A stretch of DNA of 64,000 bases from Candidatus Nanopelagicus sp. (GCA_044347205.1 JBIIXT010000001.1:12988-76987), one strand, 5' to 3'; shown: positions 31,494 to 43,725, counted from the stretch's first letter. Notes: generated from the sequence alone by a model not told the origin. A program made the numbers and translations.

Positions 31494-32078
31494 ATGAGTC
31501 GCATTGCAAGCACAACACCGCCGGCTGATGCAGTAATGCCAGATCGCCACCCGAAGGCGCCTGAGATCGGCTCCCAAATTCCATCCCACTTTGGCCATTG
31601 CTTTGGATGTGGTGAATTACATAAAACCGGATTGCACTTCACAGCAATCGCCGGTGAAGGTTTAGATTTAACTGGCAGCTTTAAAGTTACAGAAAATCAT
31701 CAAGGTGCACCGGGATTAGCACACGGTGGATTGCTCTCACTTGCCTTCGATGAAGCGATGGGAAAGTTAATGTGGTTAATTCGAACTCCTGCAGTTACTG
31801 GCCGACTTGAAACAGATTTCTTAATGCCAGTGCCCATGGGTCGCACATTATTTATAAATGCGAGAATTACTGGTCAATCTGGCAGAAAAGTATATGTTGA
31901 AGCAGAAGGTCGATTAGATTCAGTAACGGGTGACATTGCTGTAAGGGCAGCTGCTATTTTTATCGCGGTACCAATGCAACATTTTATTGATAATTTAACT
32001 ATTGATTATAAAGAGCACTTAAAAAAGCATCCTGGCTTAATGGCCTTTGTCGATCCTGATTTTGATATAAATCCATGA
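31494..32078 (+). CDS. PaaI family (hotdog-fold) thioesterase
   Basis: CFGCG, HQGAPGLAHGG, DE; start moved to ATG 31494. Confidence 0.88.
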   Translation: MSRIASTTPPADAVMPDRHPKAPEIGSQIPSHFGHCFGCGELHKTGLHFTAIAGEGLDLTGSFKVTENHQGAPGLAHGGLLSLAFDEAMGKLMWLIRTPAVTGRLETDFLMPVPMGRTLFINARITGQSGRKVYVEAEGRLDSVTGDIAVRAAAIFIAVPMQHFIDNLTIDYKEHLKKHPGLMAFVDPDFDINP

Positions 32079-32515
32079 GTGAGTTAGAGGTTTTAATTAA
32101 GAGATTAGATGATTCAGTGCCAATGCCGACATATGCAAAGGGTGGGGACGCGGGTGCGGATTTATGCACAACTATTGATTTCACAATCGCACCTGGTGAG
32201 CGCAAATTAATCCCAACAGGAATAAGCATGGCATTGCCTAATGGATATGCAGCTTTTGTTCACCCTCGCTCAGGCTTAGCAATTAAAAGTGGCGTTTCAA
32301 TGGTAAATACACCCGGCACAGTTGATGCTGGCTATCGCGGTGAGTTGCAGGTAATTCTAATTAATCATGATTTAACTCAAGCGGTCTCATTTAAAAAAGG
32401 TGATCGTATTGCGCAATTGGTAATTCAAAAGGTTGAGCATGCCCAATTTGTTGAGGTTGCCCAGCTACCAGGATCAGAGCGAGCCGCCGGCGGATTTGGA
32501 TCAACTGGCTTATGA
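32075..32515 (+). CDS. dut: dUTP diphosphatase
   Basis: GDAGADL, PRSGLA, GTVDAGYRGE, DRIAQL, RAAGGFGSTG. Confidence 0.98.
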   Translation: MSELEVLIKRLDDSVPMPTYAKGGDAGADLCTTIDFTIAPGERKLIPTGISMALPNGYAAFVHPRSGLAIKSGVSMVNTPGTVDAGYRGELQVILINHDLTQAVSFKKGDRIAQLVIQKVEHAQFVEVAQLPGSERAAGGFGSTGL

Positions 32516-33153
32516 GTTATGAAGGTCATTCGCAGGACAAAGATAAAATTATGTCAGCCCTTGGTGGCAAGCGAGGGTTAATTGATTCCGGTTTACCAGC
32601 AATAATCTTTCTCATTGTCTTTAATCTTTCCGGTAAAGAGATTAATGTAGCTATTTGGTCAGCTTTAACTCTCTCGATTTGCTTAACTATTTACCGATTA
32701 ATTAATCGACAAACACTACAACATGCCTTTTCGGGTTTAATTGGTGTCGCAATTTGTGCCTTAATATCTCGCCGAAGTGGAAATGCTGCAGATTTTTATC
32801 TGCCTGGTTTATGGATTAATGCTGGGTACGGCAGCCTTTATGCACTTACGAATTTAATTAAGTGGCCAATTTTAGGTGTCTTACTTGGTCCAATTTTGGG
32901 CGAGAATTTACTTTGGCGCAAAGATCCAAAGCGACTTCGTGCTTATATTAATGCAGGCTGGTTATGGGTTGCTCTTTTTGTTTCAAGATTAGTCGTTCAG
33001 TATCCACTTTATGAAAGTGGCAATATTAATGCTTTAGGAACAGCTCGATTACTAATGGGTTATCCGCTATTTATATTAACAGCTTGGGGAACTTGGTTAA
33101 TTTTAAAGAAGGTTCCAACAACTCCAGGTGCTCAAGATTTAAGTAAGAGTTAA
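32512..33153 (+). CDS. DUF3159 family membrane protein
   Basis: ALGGKRGLIDS, FYLPG, KWPILG, ARLLMGYPL; multiple TM helices. Confidence 0.85.
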   Translation: MSYEGHSQDKDKIMSALGGKRGLIDSGLPAIIFLIVFNLSGKEINVAIWSALTLSICLTIYRLINRQTLQHAFSGLIGVAICALISRRSGNAADFYLPGLWINAGYGSLYALTNLIKWPILGVLLGPILGENLLWRKDPKRLRAYINAGWLWVALFVSRLVVQYPLYESGNINALGTARLLMGYPLFILTAWGTWLILKKVPTTPGAQDLSKS

Positions 33154-33809
33154 ACTCCGATAAAGCAAGCTTTTAACTCATTTTCCGCTTTTGCAGAGGC
33201 AACGAAAAGTAACTCATCTCCGGCTGAAAGTAGATCATGCTCCTGTGGTGCGATCACTCGACCATCTCGCACAATTGCTGCAAGTGAGGAGTCCTGCGGT
33301 AGCTCTATTTCGCCAACAGTCTTTCCGCAGCATTTTGCGTTATCGGGCAATGTAATTTCAACTAAGTTTGCTTCACCTTTTCTAAATGAGAATAATCTAA
33401 CAACATCACCAACACTTACCGCCTCTTCTACTAAGGCAGAGATAATTCTTGGTGTTGAAACTGCAACATCAACGCCCCATGAGGAGTCAAACATCCACTC
33501 ATTTTTAGGGTGATTAACTCGGGCTACTACGCGTGGCACTCCATACTCAGTTTTTCCAAGTAGTGATGCAACCAAATTAACTTTGTCATCACCGGTTGCA
33601 GCAACTAGTACTTGGCAACCATCTAATTTAGCGAGATCTAGTGAGGTAATTTCACATGCATCGGCCAGAAGCCACTCTGCAGTTGGCACCGAATCCATCT
33701 TTAAAGCCTTTGGATCCCGGTCGATCAATAAAACTTGGTGGCCATTTTCTAGTAGCTCACGAGCAATCGCACGTCCTACATTTCCGGCACCAGCAATAGC
33801 GATTCTCAT
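33150..33809 (-). CDS. trkA: TrkA family K+ transport regulatory subunit (CeoC-like)
   Basis: GAGNVG Rossmann fold, ATGDDKVNL, VARVN, C-terminal RCK domain. Confidence 0.92.
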   Translation of the reverse strand: MRIAIAGAGNVGRAIARELLENGHQVLLIDRDPKALKMDSVPTAEWLLADACEITSLDLAKLDGCQVLVAATGDDKVNLVASLLGKTEYGVPRVVARVNHPKNEWMFDSSWGVDVAVSTPRIISALVEEAVSVGDVVRLFSFRKGEANLVEITLPDNAKCCGKTVGEIELPQDSSLAAIVRDGRVIAPQEHDLLSAGDELLFVASAKAENELKACFIGV

Positions 33810-33810
33810 A

Positions 33811-34473
33811 TTAATTTCCATCCGGTGATTTAGCTAAGGTTTTCTCAATATTTACAATCTCTTTATCACTTGCTATTACATGCACCAGATCGCCCTCTTG
33901 TAATACGGTGTGCTGATCTGGAATCAATGCTTCACCTAATCTAGTTATAAAGGCAACGCGGGCATTGGTGTTTTTTTCAATCAGAGTTACAGCTTCACCA
34001 TACCAACTAGCATGCAGATGGACTTCGATAAGTTGCACAGTTCCAGTCGCATCTCGCCACTCTGATTTAGATCCAGTTGGCGTTAAGCGGCGCATAATTT
34101 GATCAGTAGTCCATAACACCGTTGCCACAGTTGGAATACCTAGGCGTTGGTAGATTTCAGCTCTACCTGGATCATAAATTCGAGCAACTACATTGCCAAT
34201 TCCAAAAGTTTCGCGTGCAACACGGGCAGCTAAAATATTTGAATTATCACCATTTGAAACTGCAGCAAAAGCATCAGCTTTTTCAATTCCGGCTTCAAGC
34301 AAGGTGTCTCGATCAAAGCCAACACCTGCAATTGTTCGTCCGTTGAAATCTGCGCCTAATCGACGAAAAGCTTCACGATTTTGATCAATAACAGCGACGG
34401 TATGGCCAGCTTTTTCTAAATCTATCGCTAAAGTAGATCCGACTCGACCGCAACCCATGATTACAACGTGCAC
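33811..34473 (-). CDS. trkA: TrkA family K+ transport regulatory subunit (CeoB-like)
   Basis: VHVVIMGCGRVG, GDNSNI, VARIYDP; GTG start at 34473. Confidence 0.92.
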   Translation of the reverse strand: MHVVIMGCGRVGSTLAIDLEKAGHTVAVIDQNREAFRRLGADFNGRTIAGVGFDRDTLLEAGIEKADAFAAVSNGDNSNILAARVARETFGIGNVVARIYDPGRAEIYQRLGIPTVATVLWTTDQIMRRLTPTGSKSEWRDATGTVQLIEVHLHASWYGEAVTLIEKNTNARVAFITRLGEALIPDQHTVLQEGDLVHVIASDKEIVNIEKTLAKSPDGN

Positions 34474-34505
34474 GGAGTACAACTTACACCCGTACTCTAC
34501 GACTT

Positions 34506-35711
34506 GTGGAATTAGACGCTGGCGAACGGTTAAAAGTAGGCGAAATTCTCGAGGTTGAAATTGGTCCGGTTGCTCATGGAGGACATTTTGTTGCCAAACA
34601 CAATGGCCAGGTTATTTTCGTTAGACATGTGGTTACGGGCGAGCGAGCGAAGATAAAAATCACTGCAGTAAATTCAAAAATTGCTCACGCAGATCTATTT
34701 GAACTAATTACCCCAGCAGCCGAACGTATTTCAGCTCCATGTAAATACGCCGGCACATGTGGTGGCTGCGATTTCCAACATATTTCATTGAGTGCGCAAG
34801 TTAATTTCAAGCGAGCCATTGTTTTGGAACAGTTCTTACGTATTGGAAAAATAGATTTAATTGCTGAAGGTTTTGAATTACCTATGCATCAGTTAACACC
34901 AAATGATGGTTTGCATTGGCGCACCAGAATGGATTTTGCAGTTTCACCACAAGGCAAAATTGGTTTCTTCGGCGCCCGCACTAACTCAGTAGTTGAAATC
35001 GATGATTGCTTGATCGCCGATGAGCGCATGAAGGTAGCTGATTTGGTAGGTAGAAATTGGAAATCAGATGCTCGAGTTGAGGTTGCAGTTTCAAGTACTT
35101 CAGAGATTTCAGTAATGCGATCTGGTCGAAGCATTAGTGGTCCAACACAATTAACCGAACAAGTAGATGGAAACTCATTTCGAATCTCACCTGTTGCATT
35201 TTGGCAAAGCCATCGAAATGCGCCAAGTACATTGGTAAAGGCCGCACTTACCCAACTATCTGCTAAACCTGGGGATTGGATTTGTGATCTTTACTCTGGA
35301 GTTGGTTTATTTGCAGCCCAAATTTTGCATCAAGTTGGTAAGCAGGGTGTAGTCACATTAATTGAGAGTGATAAAACTGCGATTGCTGATGCTAGAAAGA
35401 TATTTGCCAAGCATGAGAATGTAAATATTTATGCTGGTTTGGTAGATCAACAGCTGGTGCAAGTAAAGCGAGCGAATGCAATTTTGCTTGATCCACCTCG
35501 CACAGGTGCTGGTGAATCGGTGATCAAACAAATGGTAAAACTTAGACCACGCAAAATTGTTTATGTTGCATGTGATCCGGCAGCACTTGCAAGAGATGCT
35601 AAATATTTAAAAGAGAGCGGTTATAAGTTAGATCACATAGAAGGCTTTGACTTATTTCCAATGACTCAGCACATGGAATGCGTGGCTGGATTTTCACCAG
35701 CAAACCAGTAA
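34506..35711 (+). CDS. TRAM-domain RNA m5U methyltransferase (RlmD/TrmA family)
   Basis: AHGG TRAM domain, CKYAGTCGGCDFQH Fe-S motif, FWQ, DLYSGVG, DPPRTG, YVACDP. Confidence 0.92.
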   Translation: MELDAGERLKVGEILEVEIGPVAHGGHFVAKHNGQVIFVRHVVTGERAKIKITAVNSKIAHADLFELITPAAERISAPCKYAGTCGGCDFQHISLSAQVNFKRAIVLEQFLRIGKIDLIAEGFELPMHQLTPNDGLHWRTRMDFAVSPQGKIGFFGARTNSVVEIDDCLIADERMKVADLVGRNWKSDARVEVAVSSTSEISVMRSGRSISGPTQLTEQVDGNSFRISPVAFWQSHRNAPSTLVKAALTQLSAKPGDWICDLYSGVGLFAAQILHQVGKQGVVTLIESDKTAIADARKIFAKHENVNIYAGLVDQQLVQVKRANAILLDPPRTGAGESVIKQMVKLRPRKIVYVACDPAALARDAKYLKESGYKLDHIEGFDLFPMTQHMECVAGFSPANQ

Positions 35712-35750
35712 GATTTAGGTATTCCTTAAACAAAGATTAGGTGGTGGCGA

Positions 35751-38408
35751 ATGAGTAAAAACTCCTTTAACGCCAAGACCACCCTAGAAGTTTCCGGTAA
35801 GACATATGAAATATTTGATATCACTACTTTGGCCCAAGCCAAGGACTTGCCCTTCTCTTTAAAAGTTTTACTAGAGAACTTACTTCGCTCTGAAGATGGT
35901 GCAAATATCACAGCTGATCAGATCAAAGCACTAGCTGCTTGGGATCCTGCCGCAGAGCCTGATACTGAAATCCAATTTACGCCAGCACGTGTGATCATGC
36001 AGGATTTCACTGGCGTTCCTTGCATAGTTGATTTAGCGACGATGCGAGAGGCAATTGTTGAGTTAGGTGGAGATCCTGCAAAGGTAAATCCACTTTCACC
36101 AGCAGAGTTAGTAATTGATCACTCAGTTATTGCAGATAAATTTGGAACTGCTGATTCATTTGAACAAAATACCGATATTGAGTACCAACGAAATCAAGAG
36201 CGCTACCGTTTCTTGCGTTGGGGTCAGAGCGCATTCGATGAGTTTAAGGTTGTCCCGCCAGGAACTGGCATTGTTCATCAAGTAAATATTGAGTACCTAG
36301 CCCGTGTGATTATGACTCGCACCGTTAATGGAACTTTACGTGCTTATCCAGACACTGTAGTTGGAACCGATTCTCACACCACCATGGTTAATGGTTTAGG
36401 TGTTCTGGGTTGGGGAGTTGGTGGCATAGAGGCAGAGGCGGCGCTACTTGGGCAACCAGTGTCGATGTTAATTCCAAAGGTGGTTGGCTTTAAATTAAAT
36501 GGTCAATTACCAACCGGCGCAACCGCTACCGATCTTGTTTTAACAATTACTGAGATGCTACGTAAACATGGTGTTGTTGGAAAATTTGTTGAATTTTATG
36601 GTCCAGGTGTATCAGCACTACCAATGGCTAATCGAGTAACAATTGGAAATATGTCACCAGAGTATGGGTCAACGGTTGCTATTTTTCCTATTGATGAAGA
36701 GAGCATTAGATACTTAAAATTTACTGGACGAAGCGCAGAACAAATAGAGCTAGTTGAAAAGTATGCAAGAGTAAACGGCTTGTGGCATGATCCATCAGCA
36801 GAGCCTAGATTCTCAGAAAAATTAGAGTTAGATCTAGCTGCAATTGTTCCTTCAATCGCAGGTCCAAAGCGACCACAGGATCGAATTGCATTAGTTGATG
36901 CTAAATCTGCCTATGAAAAAATTTCACCTACTTACTTTTCGGAGAAAACAAGCAAGAGCAAGATTGATGTGAATGTAAATGGCAAAGCAACCTCTGTCAG
37001 CAATGGTGATGTTGTAATCGCTTCAATTACTTCATGCACAAATACTTCAAATCCATCTGTAATGATTGGAGCTGCACTACTTGCCAAGAAAGCGGTAGAA
37101 AAAGGATTAACTTCAAAGCCATGGGTAAAGACCACATTAGCGCCAGGCTCAAAGGTTGTTACTGGTTACTACGATCGCTCCGGACTTACGCCATACATGG
37201 AGAAATTAGGTTTTAACCTAGTTGGATATGGTTGCGTAACATGTATTGGTAACTCTGGTCCGCTACCAATAGAGATTAGTAAAGCAATAAATGACAATGA
37301 CCTAGCGGTGTCAGCGGTGCTATCTGGAAATCGAAATTTTGAGGGCCGAATCTCACCAGATGTAAAGATGAATTACTTAGCCTCCCCACCATTAGTAGTT
37401 GCTTATGCTTTAACTGGATCGATGAATCATGATTTTGAGAAAGAGCCAATTGGTGAAGGAAATGATGGCAAGCCAGTATTCCTGCGTGATATCTGGCCAA
37501 CTCAACTGGAGATTCAATCTGTAATTGACTCAGCTATTTCATCAGAGATGTTCACCAAGGATTACGCATCAGTCTTTGATGGCGATCACAGATGGAAGTC
37601 ATTGGCCACACCAACTGGAAAAACATTTGAATGGGATGCTAAATCAACTTATGTTCGAAAGCCGCCGTACTTTGAAAACATGCCACGAGATCCAAAACCA
37701 GTTACAAATATTTCTGGTGCCAGAGTGATGGCGATTTTGGGAGATTCAGTCACAACTGATCACATATCACCAGCTGGAAACATTAAAGCTGATTCACCTG
37801 CCGGCAAGTATTTAGCGCAGAATGGTATCGATCGAGCAGATTTTAATTCTTATGGTTCAAGGCGTGGAAATCATGAAGTAATGATTAGAGGCACCTTCGC
37901 AAATATTCGATTAAAAAACTTACTTCTAAATGGGGTTGAAGGTGGTTTCACTAAAAACTTCTTAGCAAATGGAGAACAAGCCACAATCTATGATGCTTCG
38001 ATGGCCTACCAAGCAGCTGGTATTCCGCTGGTGATTTTGGCTGGCAAAGAGTATGGCTCTGGTTCCTCACGCGATTGGGCTGCAAAGGGAACAGCGCTGC
38101 TTGGAGTTCGCGCAGTTATTGCAGAATCCTTTGAGCGAATTCATCGTTCTAATTTAATTGGTATGGGAGTTTTGCCGTTGCAATTTGTCGATGGTGAAAA
38201 TGCTAAATCACTTGGAATTACCGGCGATGAAGTTTTTGAAATAGCTGGGGTAGAGGAACTAAACACTGGCCCTGCACCAAAGCTAGTCACTGTCACCGCT
38301 GGTACAAAGAGTTTTAAAGCCAAACTTCGTATCGATACACCTGGTGAGGCAGATTACTACCGCCATGGCGGCATCATGCAGTACGTACTACGCTCACTTT
38401 TAAAGTAA
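35751..38408 (+). CDS. acnA: Aconitate hydratase A
   Basis: [52 protein letters not shown]. Confidence 0.98.
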   Translation: MSKNSFNAKTTLEVSGKTYEIFDITTLAQAKDLPFSLKVLLENLLRSEDGANITADQIKALAAWDPAAEPDTEIQFTPARVIMQDFTGVPCIVDLATMREAIVELGGDPAKVNPLSPAELVIDHSVIADKFGTADSFEQNTDIEYQRNQERYRFLRWGQSAFDEFKVVPPGTGIVHQVNIEYLARVIMTRTVNGTLRAYPDTVVGTDSHTTMVNGLGVLGWGVGGIEAEAALLGQPVSMLIPKVVGFKLNGQLPTGATATDLVLTITEMLRKHGVVGKFVEFYGPGVSALPMANRVTIGNMSPEYGSTVAIFPIDEESIRYLKFTGRSAEQIELVEKYARVNGLWHDPSAEPRFSEKLELDLAAIVPSIAGPKRPQDRIALVDAKSAYEKISPTYFSEKTSKSKIDVNVNGKATSVSNGDVVIASITSCTNTSNPSVMIGAALLAKKAVEKGLTSKPWVKTTLAPGSKVVTGYYDRSGLTPYMEKLGFNLVGYGCVTCIGNSGPLPIEISKAINDNDLAVSAVLSGNRNFEGRISPDVKMNYLASPPLVVAYALTGSMNHDFEKEPIGEGNDGKPVFLRDIWPTQLEIQSVIDSAISSEMFTKDYASVFDGDHRWKSLATPTGKTFEWDAKSTYVRKPPYFENMPRDPKPVTNISGARVMAILGDSVTTDHISPAGNIKADSPAGKYLAQNGIDRADFNSYGSRRGNHEVMIRGTFANIRLKNLLLNGVEGGFTKNFLANGEQATIYDASMAYQAAGIPLVILAGKEYGSGSSRDWAAKGTALLGVRAVIAESFERIHRSNLIGMGVLPLQFVDGENAKSLGITGDEVFEIAGVEELNTGPAPKLVTVTAGTKSFKAKLRIDTPGEADYYRHGGIMQYVLRSLLK

Positions 38409-38444
38409 ATCGCTAAATCATTAGTACGGGTTTAAACTTGCCCC

Positions 38445-40373
38445 ATGCTTGAATCAATTAAATCCCCCGCTGATCTGCAAGGATTAGATGAGGATCAATT
38501 AGCGCTACTTAGCGAAGAGATTCGCTCCTTCTTAATTGAAAAGGTTTCTAAATCAGGCGGCCATTTAGGGCCAAATCTAGGAGTTGTTGAATTAACAATT
38601 GCAATACATCGAAGCTTTGAATCGCCAAAGGATGTCATTATTTTTGACACCGGACATCAAAGTTACGTTCACAAATTACTTACAGGTCGCTTAAGTGGTT
38701 TTGATAAGTTAAGACAGCGCGGTGGTTTAGCGGGTTATCCAAATCGGAGCGAGAGCGAACATGATGTTGTTGAGAACTCACACGCATCCACCTCTCTTTC
38801 TTGGAGTGATGGCATTGCAAAGGGATTTAAGCTAACCAATCAAAGTGATCGCACAGTTGTTTGTGTAGTCGGAGATGGCTCATTAACTGGCGGTATGGCG
38901 TGGGAGGCTTTAAATAATATTGCGGCTAGCACTGATGAGAAACTAGTAATAGTAGTAAATGATAATGAACGTTCTTATTCTCCAACTATTGGCGGTGTTG
39001 CTACCTACCTTTCAACACTTCGCACAACTAAAGGCTATGAGAAATTTTTAGATTGGGGCAAGGGTGTTTTAGAGAAGACTCCAGTAGTTGGTCATCCAAT
39101 CTATGAAACATTACATGGAATGAAAAAAGGCATAAAAGATATTATTGCACCGCAAGGAATGTTTGAAGATTTAGGTTTGAAGTACTTTGGTCCAATTGAT
39201 GGTCATGATATTTCAGCGATGGAAAAGGCGCTTAAGATCGCAAAAGATTTCGGCGGTCCGGTTTTGGTTCATATAATTACTGAAAAAGGTAAGGGCCACG
39301 CACCAGCAATAAATGATGAAGCGGAGAAGTTTCATGCAGTTGGTGTTGTTGATCCTGAAACTGGGCAGCCATTAAATAAAACTGGTAAATCCTGGACCTC
39401 TGTCTTCTCTGATGAGTTAGTAAAGATCGGTAGTGAGCGAAGTGATGTAGTTGCAATTACTGCTGCCATGATGGGCCCAACTGGGCTAGATAAATTTGAG
39501 AAAAGTTTTCCAGAACGTACTTTTGATGTTGGAATCGCTGAACAGCATGCAACAACCGCTGCGGCGGGCATGGCATTTGCTGGTCTGCATCCAGTTGTGG
39601 CTGTTTACAGTACATTTTTAAATAGAGCTTTCGATCAATTACTACTTGATGTGGCACTACACAAAGCTGGTGTTACCTTTGTTTTAGATCGGGCCGGTGT
39701 AACTGGTGATGATGGTCCATCACATAATGGAATTTGGGATTTAGCTTTAACTGGAATTGTGCCAACACTTCATGTAGCGGCGCCAAGAGATGGTGCCAGA
39801 GTTCGTGAAACTCTGCGCGAGGCGATAGATATCGCTGATGCACCAACATTGCTCCGCTTTCCAAAGGGAGCTGTAAATGAGGATATTCCAGCATTCGAAC
39901 GCCGAGATGGAATAGATGTTTTATATCGCGGTGAGAGCGCCGATATTTTATTAGTGAGCATTGGAGCTTTTGCAGCGATGGCTGTTGAAGCCGCTGGTCA
40001 GGCTTATCGCGAAGGTGTTGGTGTAACTGTGATCGATCCACGCTGGGTGAAGCCACTTCCTAAATCACTAATTACGATGGCACAAAGATATAAGAGTGTT
40101 GTAGTTCTTGAAGATGGTATTAAACATGGTGGTATCGCAAGCACAGTCAGTGAATTATTTCGAGATGCAGGTTTAAATGTGCCGGTTCATTCAATAGGAG
40201 TTCCATTGGTATTTATTGAACATTCAAAACGAGCTGAGGTACTAGCGGATCTTGGAATTACAGTTCAAAATATAACTAGATCCTTAGTTAGCTGGAGTGC
40301 AAGTCAATTAGCTGTTAAGGAAGAGATGCAACTGCCGCAGGATGAAAACGCGAGCCGCAAACCGCTTCACTAA
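38445..40373 (+). CDS. dxs: 1-deoxy-D-xylulose-5-phosphate synthase
   Basis: [50 protein letters not shown]. Confidence 0.97.
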   Translation: MLESIKSPADLQGLDEDQLALLSEEIRSFLIEKVSKSGGHLGPNLGVVELTIAIHRSFESPKDVIIFDTGHQSYVHKLLTGRLSGFDKLRQRGGLAGYPNRSESEHDVVENSHASTSLSWSDGIAKGFKLTNQSDRTVVCVVGDGSLTGGMAWEALNNIAASTDEKLVIVVNDNERSYSPTIGGVATYLSTLRTTKGYEKFLDWGKGVLEKTPVVGHPIYETLHGMKKGIKDIIAPQGMFEDLGLKYFGPIDGHDISAMEKALKIAKDFGGPVLVHIITEKGKGHAPAINDEAEKFHAVGVVDPETGQPLNKTGKSWTSVFSDELVKIGSERSDVVAITAAMMGPTGLDKFEKSFPERTFDVGIAEQHATTAAAGMAFAGLHPVVAVYSTFLNRAFDQLLLDVALHKAGVTFVLDRAGVTGDDGPSHNGIWDLALTGIVPTLHVAAPRDGARVRETLREAIDIADAPTLLRFPKGAVNEDIPAFERRDGIDVLYRGESADILLVSIGAFAAMAVEAAGQAYREGVGVTVIDPRWVKPLPKSLITMAQRYKSVVVLEDGIKHGGIASTVSELFRDAGLNVPVHSIGVPLVFIEHSKRAEVLADLGITVQNITRSLVSWSASQLAVKEEMQLPQDENASRKPLH

Positions 40374-42423
40374 TTCCTTCACGATCTAAGTAAGGCAAGA
40401 TGCCACCTAGATGCATCGGCCAACCGGAACCAAGCAACATACAAATATCTATTTCAGCTGCGGTTGCAACAACTCCTTCATCTAGCATCATCTTCGCCTC
40501 AGTTGCGATCGCTTTCAAGGCTCGCTCGCGTACTTGATCAGCCGTTGATGGCGAGTTACCTTTTTCAAGCAATGCTAGCGCCGCTGGATTAATCTGATTT
40601 ATACCCTTCTCGTCCTTGATGTAAAAGGTTCGCACACCCTCTTTTACAAACCGCTCCATCGTAGGTGAGATTTTGTATCTGGCTCCAAGATTTTTATTTA
40701 ATGTTTGTGCAACATGAAGTGCCACCCCTGGACCAACTAGTCCAAGTAGTTCAAGTGAGCTCATTGGAAAACCCAATGGCTTCATTGCAGCATCTGCTAC
40801 CTCATAAGGTGTTCCCTCATCCATTGCATCAGTTACTTCACCCATAAAACGGGTAAGTAGTCGATTAACAACAAAGGCAGGTGCGTCCTTAACGATGACC
40901 ATAGTTTTCTTTAAATCTTTACCGATATTAATTACGGTAGCTGTAGTTGCATCATCAGTTTTAGTAGTTCTGGCCACCTCTAGTAATGGCATCACTGCAA
41001 CTGGATTAAAGAAGTGGAAGCCGACTACTCGCTCGGGGTTTGCTAATCCCTCTGCCATTGCTTCAACTGAAAGAGATGAGGTATTTGTGGCCAGGATACA
41101 TTCTGGTGAAATGATCTTCTCAAGATCCTTAAACAGCTTTTGCTTTAGTGATAACTCTTCAAATATTGCTTCAAGTATGAAATCAGCGCTAGCAAATACT
41201 TTTTGATCAACTGATCCAGAGATATTTCCAAGCAGGCGAGCAGCACCTTCTGGTGATAAGCGCTTCTTCTCAACTAATTTAGCGATCTCACCATTGATCC
41301 ATGCCAAACCTTTATCAACGCGCTCTTGATCTAAATCAGTAATAACTACTGGCACCTTTAAGTTGCGCAGCATAAGCAGGGCTAATTGGGAGGCCATTAG
41401 GCCAGCTCCGACTACACCAACCTTTGAAATCTTTCGTGCTAGCGCAGGCTTAGGTGCACCCTCCACCTTTTTGCGCTTTTTCTGAATTAAGTTAAATGAA
41501 TACAGCGAGGCGCGCAGCGCATCTGTCATTACTAACTCTGCTAGTACTTGATCTTCAGCATCAAAGCCCTGTGACAATGTATTTGTTTGTGCTGCTGCTA
41601 TTAATTCAAGTGCTTTAAGTGGGGAAGGGATCTCAGCTCCGCCATACTTTTTCGCAACCGCTGCCTTACCAGTAGCAGTAGCTTTCTTGAATCCTTCTGA
41701 ATCTTGGCTGAAGTCAGCTCGCTCTATTTTTTTACTGCCACTAATAACCGAAGCTGCAAATTTAATTGAGTTTTCTAGAAAATCAGATGGTTCATAAACT
41801 GCATCTACGACCCCTAAACCAAGTGCATCCTTAGCCTTTAGCATGGTGTTGTTGTTTAGTGCATTTAAGATAATTACTTGCACAGCTTTTTCTGGACCAA
41901 TTAACTTAGGCAAAATTGTGGCACCGCCCCAACCAGGCACTAATCCTAGGAAACACTCCGGCAACCCAATAAATGCGGTACTAGCCAGACTTCGATAGTG
42001 ACAGTGCAGTCCAACTTCTAAACCGCCACCAAGTGCTAATCCATTTATAAAAGCGAAAGTTGGCTTCTTGCTTTCGCCAAGCTTTCTAAATACATCATGG
42101 CCTAATTTTCCAATAGCAAGTGCTTGGGATTTATCAGATAAAAATGAGAGACCAGAAAGATCAGCACCAGCTGCGAAGATAAATGGTTTGCCGGTGATTG
42201 CAATTGCTACTGAGTCAGATGAAAGTGCTGCATCAATTGCAGTACGCAGGGATTCAAGGCCACCCGCGCCAAAGGTGTTTGGTCGGTTGTGGTCCATTCC
42301 ATTATCTAAGGTAATTAATGAGATAGTGCCAGATGTGCCAAATGGTGCAAGGGAGACTTCGCGCAGAATAGCTTTTGTTACAACCTCTTCGGGAGCGCCT
42401 TCGGGTAATTTAACTTCACTCAT
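40315..42423 (-). CDS. fadB: Fatty acid oxidation multifunctional enzyme (enoyl-CoA hydratase / 3-hydroxyacyl-CoA dehydrogenase)
   Basis: FAAGADL, GGGLE, PGWGG hydratase motifs; GAGLMA, TNTSSL, GFHFFNP, FVVNR dehydrogenase motifs. Confidence 0.93.
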   Translation of the reverse strand: MSEVKLPEGAPEEVVTKAILREVSLAPFGTSGTISLITLDNGMDHNRPNTFGAGGLESLRTAIDAALSSDSVAIAITGKPFIFAAGADLSGLSFLSDKSQALAIGKLGHDVFRKLGESKKPTFAFINGLALGGGLEVGLHCHYRSLASTAFIGLPECFLGLVPGWGGATILPKLIGPEKAVQVIILNALNNNTMLKAKDALGLGVVDAVYEPSDFLENSIKFAASVISGSKKIERADFSQDSEGFKKATATGKAAVAKKYGGAEIPSPLKALELIAAAQTNTLSQGFDAEDQVLAELVMTDALRASLYSFNLIQKKRKKVEGAPKPALARKISKVGVVGAGLMASQLALLMLRNLKVPVVITDLDQERVDKGLAWINGEIAKLVEKKRLSPEGAARLLGNISGSVDQKVFASADFILEAIFEELSLKQKLFKDLEKIISPECILATNTSSLSVEAMAEGLANPERVVGFHFFNPVAVMPLLEVARTTKTDDATTATVINIGKDLKKTMVIVKDAPAFVVNRLLTRFMGEVTDAMDEGTPYEVADAAMKPLGFPMSSLELLGLVGPGVALHVAQTLNKNLGARYKISPTMERFVKEGVRTFYIKDEKGINQINPAALALLEKGNSPSTADQVRERALKAIATEAKMMLDEGVVATAAEIDICMLLGSGWPMHLGGILPYLDREGISEAVCGSRFHPAAVASLP

Positions 42424-43629
42424 TTACTTAGCTCCTTTAAAGTTTGGATTTTCCCAAATAATTGTGCCGCCCATACCAAGTCCAATACACATAGTGGTAA
42501 TGCCATAGCGAACCTCTGGGTGTTCTTTAAAGCCATTTGCTAAATTAAGAATTAATCGAACACCAGATGAAGCCAGGGGATGGCCCACTGCAATCGCGCC
42601 ACCATATATGTTTACGCGCTTATCATCATCGGCAATTCCAAAGTGATCTAAAAATGAGAGAACTTGAATCGCAAACGCTTCATTTACTTCAAATAAACCA
42701 ATGTCAGTAATATCTAAGCCAGCCTTAGCTAGAGCTTTAATGGTGCTAGGAACTGGTCCATAACCCATAATCTCTGGCTCTACGCCAGCAAATGCAAATG
42801 AGACAAGTTTTGCTTTAATTGGCAGATTTAACTCTTTCGCTTTTGTTTCAGAGGCCAAAATTGCAGCGGTTGCACCATCATTTAAGCCAGCAGCATTTCC
42901 AGCAGTTACGCGACCACCGGCCCTAAATGGAGTCTTTAAAGCTTGTAGTGCATCTAATGTTGTTTGAGGACGTGGTGGTTCATCAACTGTGGCCATACCC
43001 CAACCAAGTTCATCGGTTCGGATTGCAACTGGAATTAAATCTGGTTGAATTTTATTTGCCGCATATGCTGCAGCTGTTTTTTGTTGCGAGGCAAGTGCGT
43101 AATTATCTGCTCGAACTTTGGTTAAATGAGGAAATTTGTCATGCAAGCGCTCTGCAGTAGCGCCCATTTGCAACGCATCCATTTCAACTATTTTCTCTGC
43201 TAAATACCTTGGGTTTGGATCCATTCCATCACCCATCGGATGATTTCCCATATGCTCAACACCGCCAGCGATTGCTAAATCATATGCACCCATATTAATT
43301 CCACCAGCAATTGTGGTTACTGCAGTTAATGCACCGGCGCACCAACGATCAATTGAATAACCAGGAACTGTCTTTGGGATTCCGGCAAGAATTGAAACAG
43401 AGCGACCAATATTCATTCCTTGATCACCAGTTTGTGTTGCAGCTGCTATTGCAACCTCATCGATTTGTGCAAGTGGAACACTAGGATTTCGCTCCAGCAA
43501 ACCACGAATGCAACGCACCATAATGTCATCGGCGCGAGTTTGGGCATAAAGTGAACCAGCTTTACCAAAAGGAGTTCGCACTGCGTCTACTAAAACAACA
43601 TTTGTTTTGGTTTTGGCATCTTTACTCAT
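42424..43629 (-). CDS. fadA: Acetyl-CoA acyltransferase (thiolase)
   Basis: VRTPFGK, DRWCAG, NEAFA, GHPLASSG, MCIGLGMG. Confidence 0.95.
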   Translation of the reverse strand: MSKDAKTKTNVVLVDAVRTPFGKAGSLYAQTRADDIMVRCIRGLLERNPSVPLAQIDEVAIAAATQTGDQGMNIGRSVSILAGIPKTVPGYSIDRWCAGALTAVTTIAGGINMGAYDLAIAGGVEHMGNHPMGDGMDPNPRYLAEKIVEMDALQMGATAERLHDKFPHLTKVRADNYALASQQKTAAAYAANKIQPDLIPVAIRTDELGWGMATVDEPPRPQTTLDALQALKTPFRAGGRVTAGNAAGLNDGATAAILASETKAKELNLPIKAKLVSFAFAGVEPEIMGYGPVPSTIKALAKAGLDITDIGLFEVNEAFAIQVLSFLDHFGIADDDKRVNIYGGAIAVGHPLASSGVRLILNLANGFKEHPEVRYGITTMCIGLGMGGTIIWENPNFKGAK

Positions 43630-43689
43630 ATCACTCCTAATTAAGCACTGTATTACTACAGATGGATTTTTACTCTTACTAGGAGATAG

Positions 43690-43705
43690 GTTACTGGTCA
43701 GTAGC
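43690..43705. promoter_or_regulatory. Imperfect palindrome upstream of fadA, candidate fatty-acid regulon operator
   Basis: GTTACT-GGTC-AGTAGC; a similar site lies at 56334-56349. Confidence 0.5.
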
Positions 43706-43725
43706 AGAAATTGGTAGCGCGAAAT

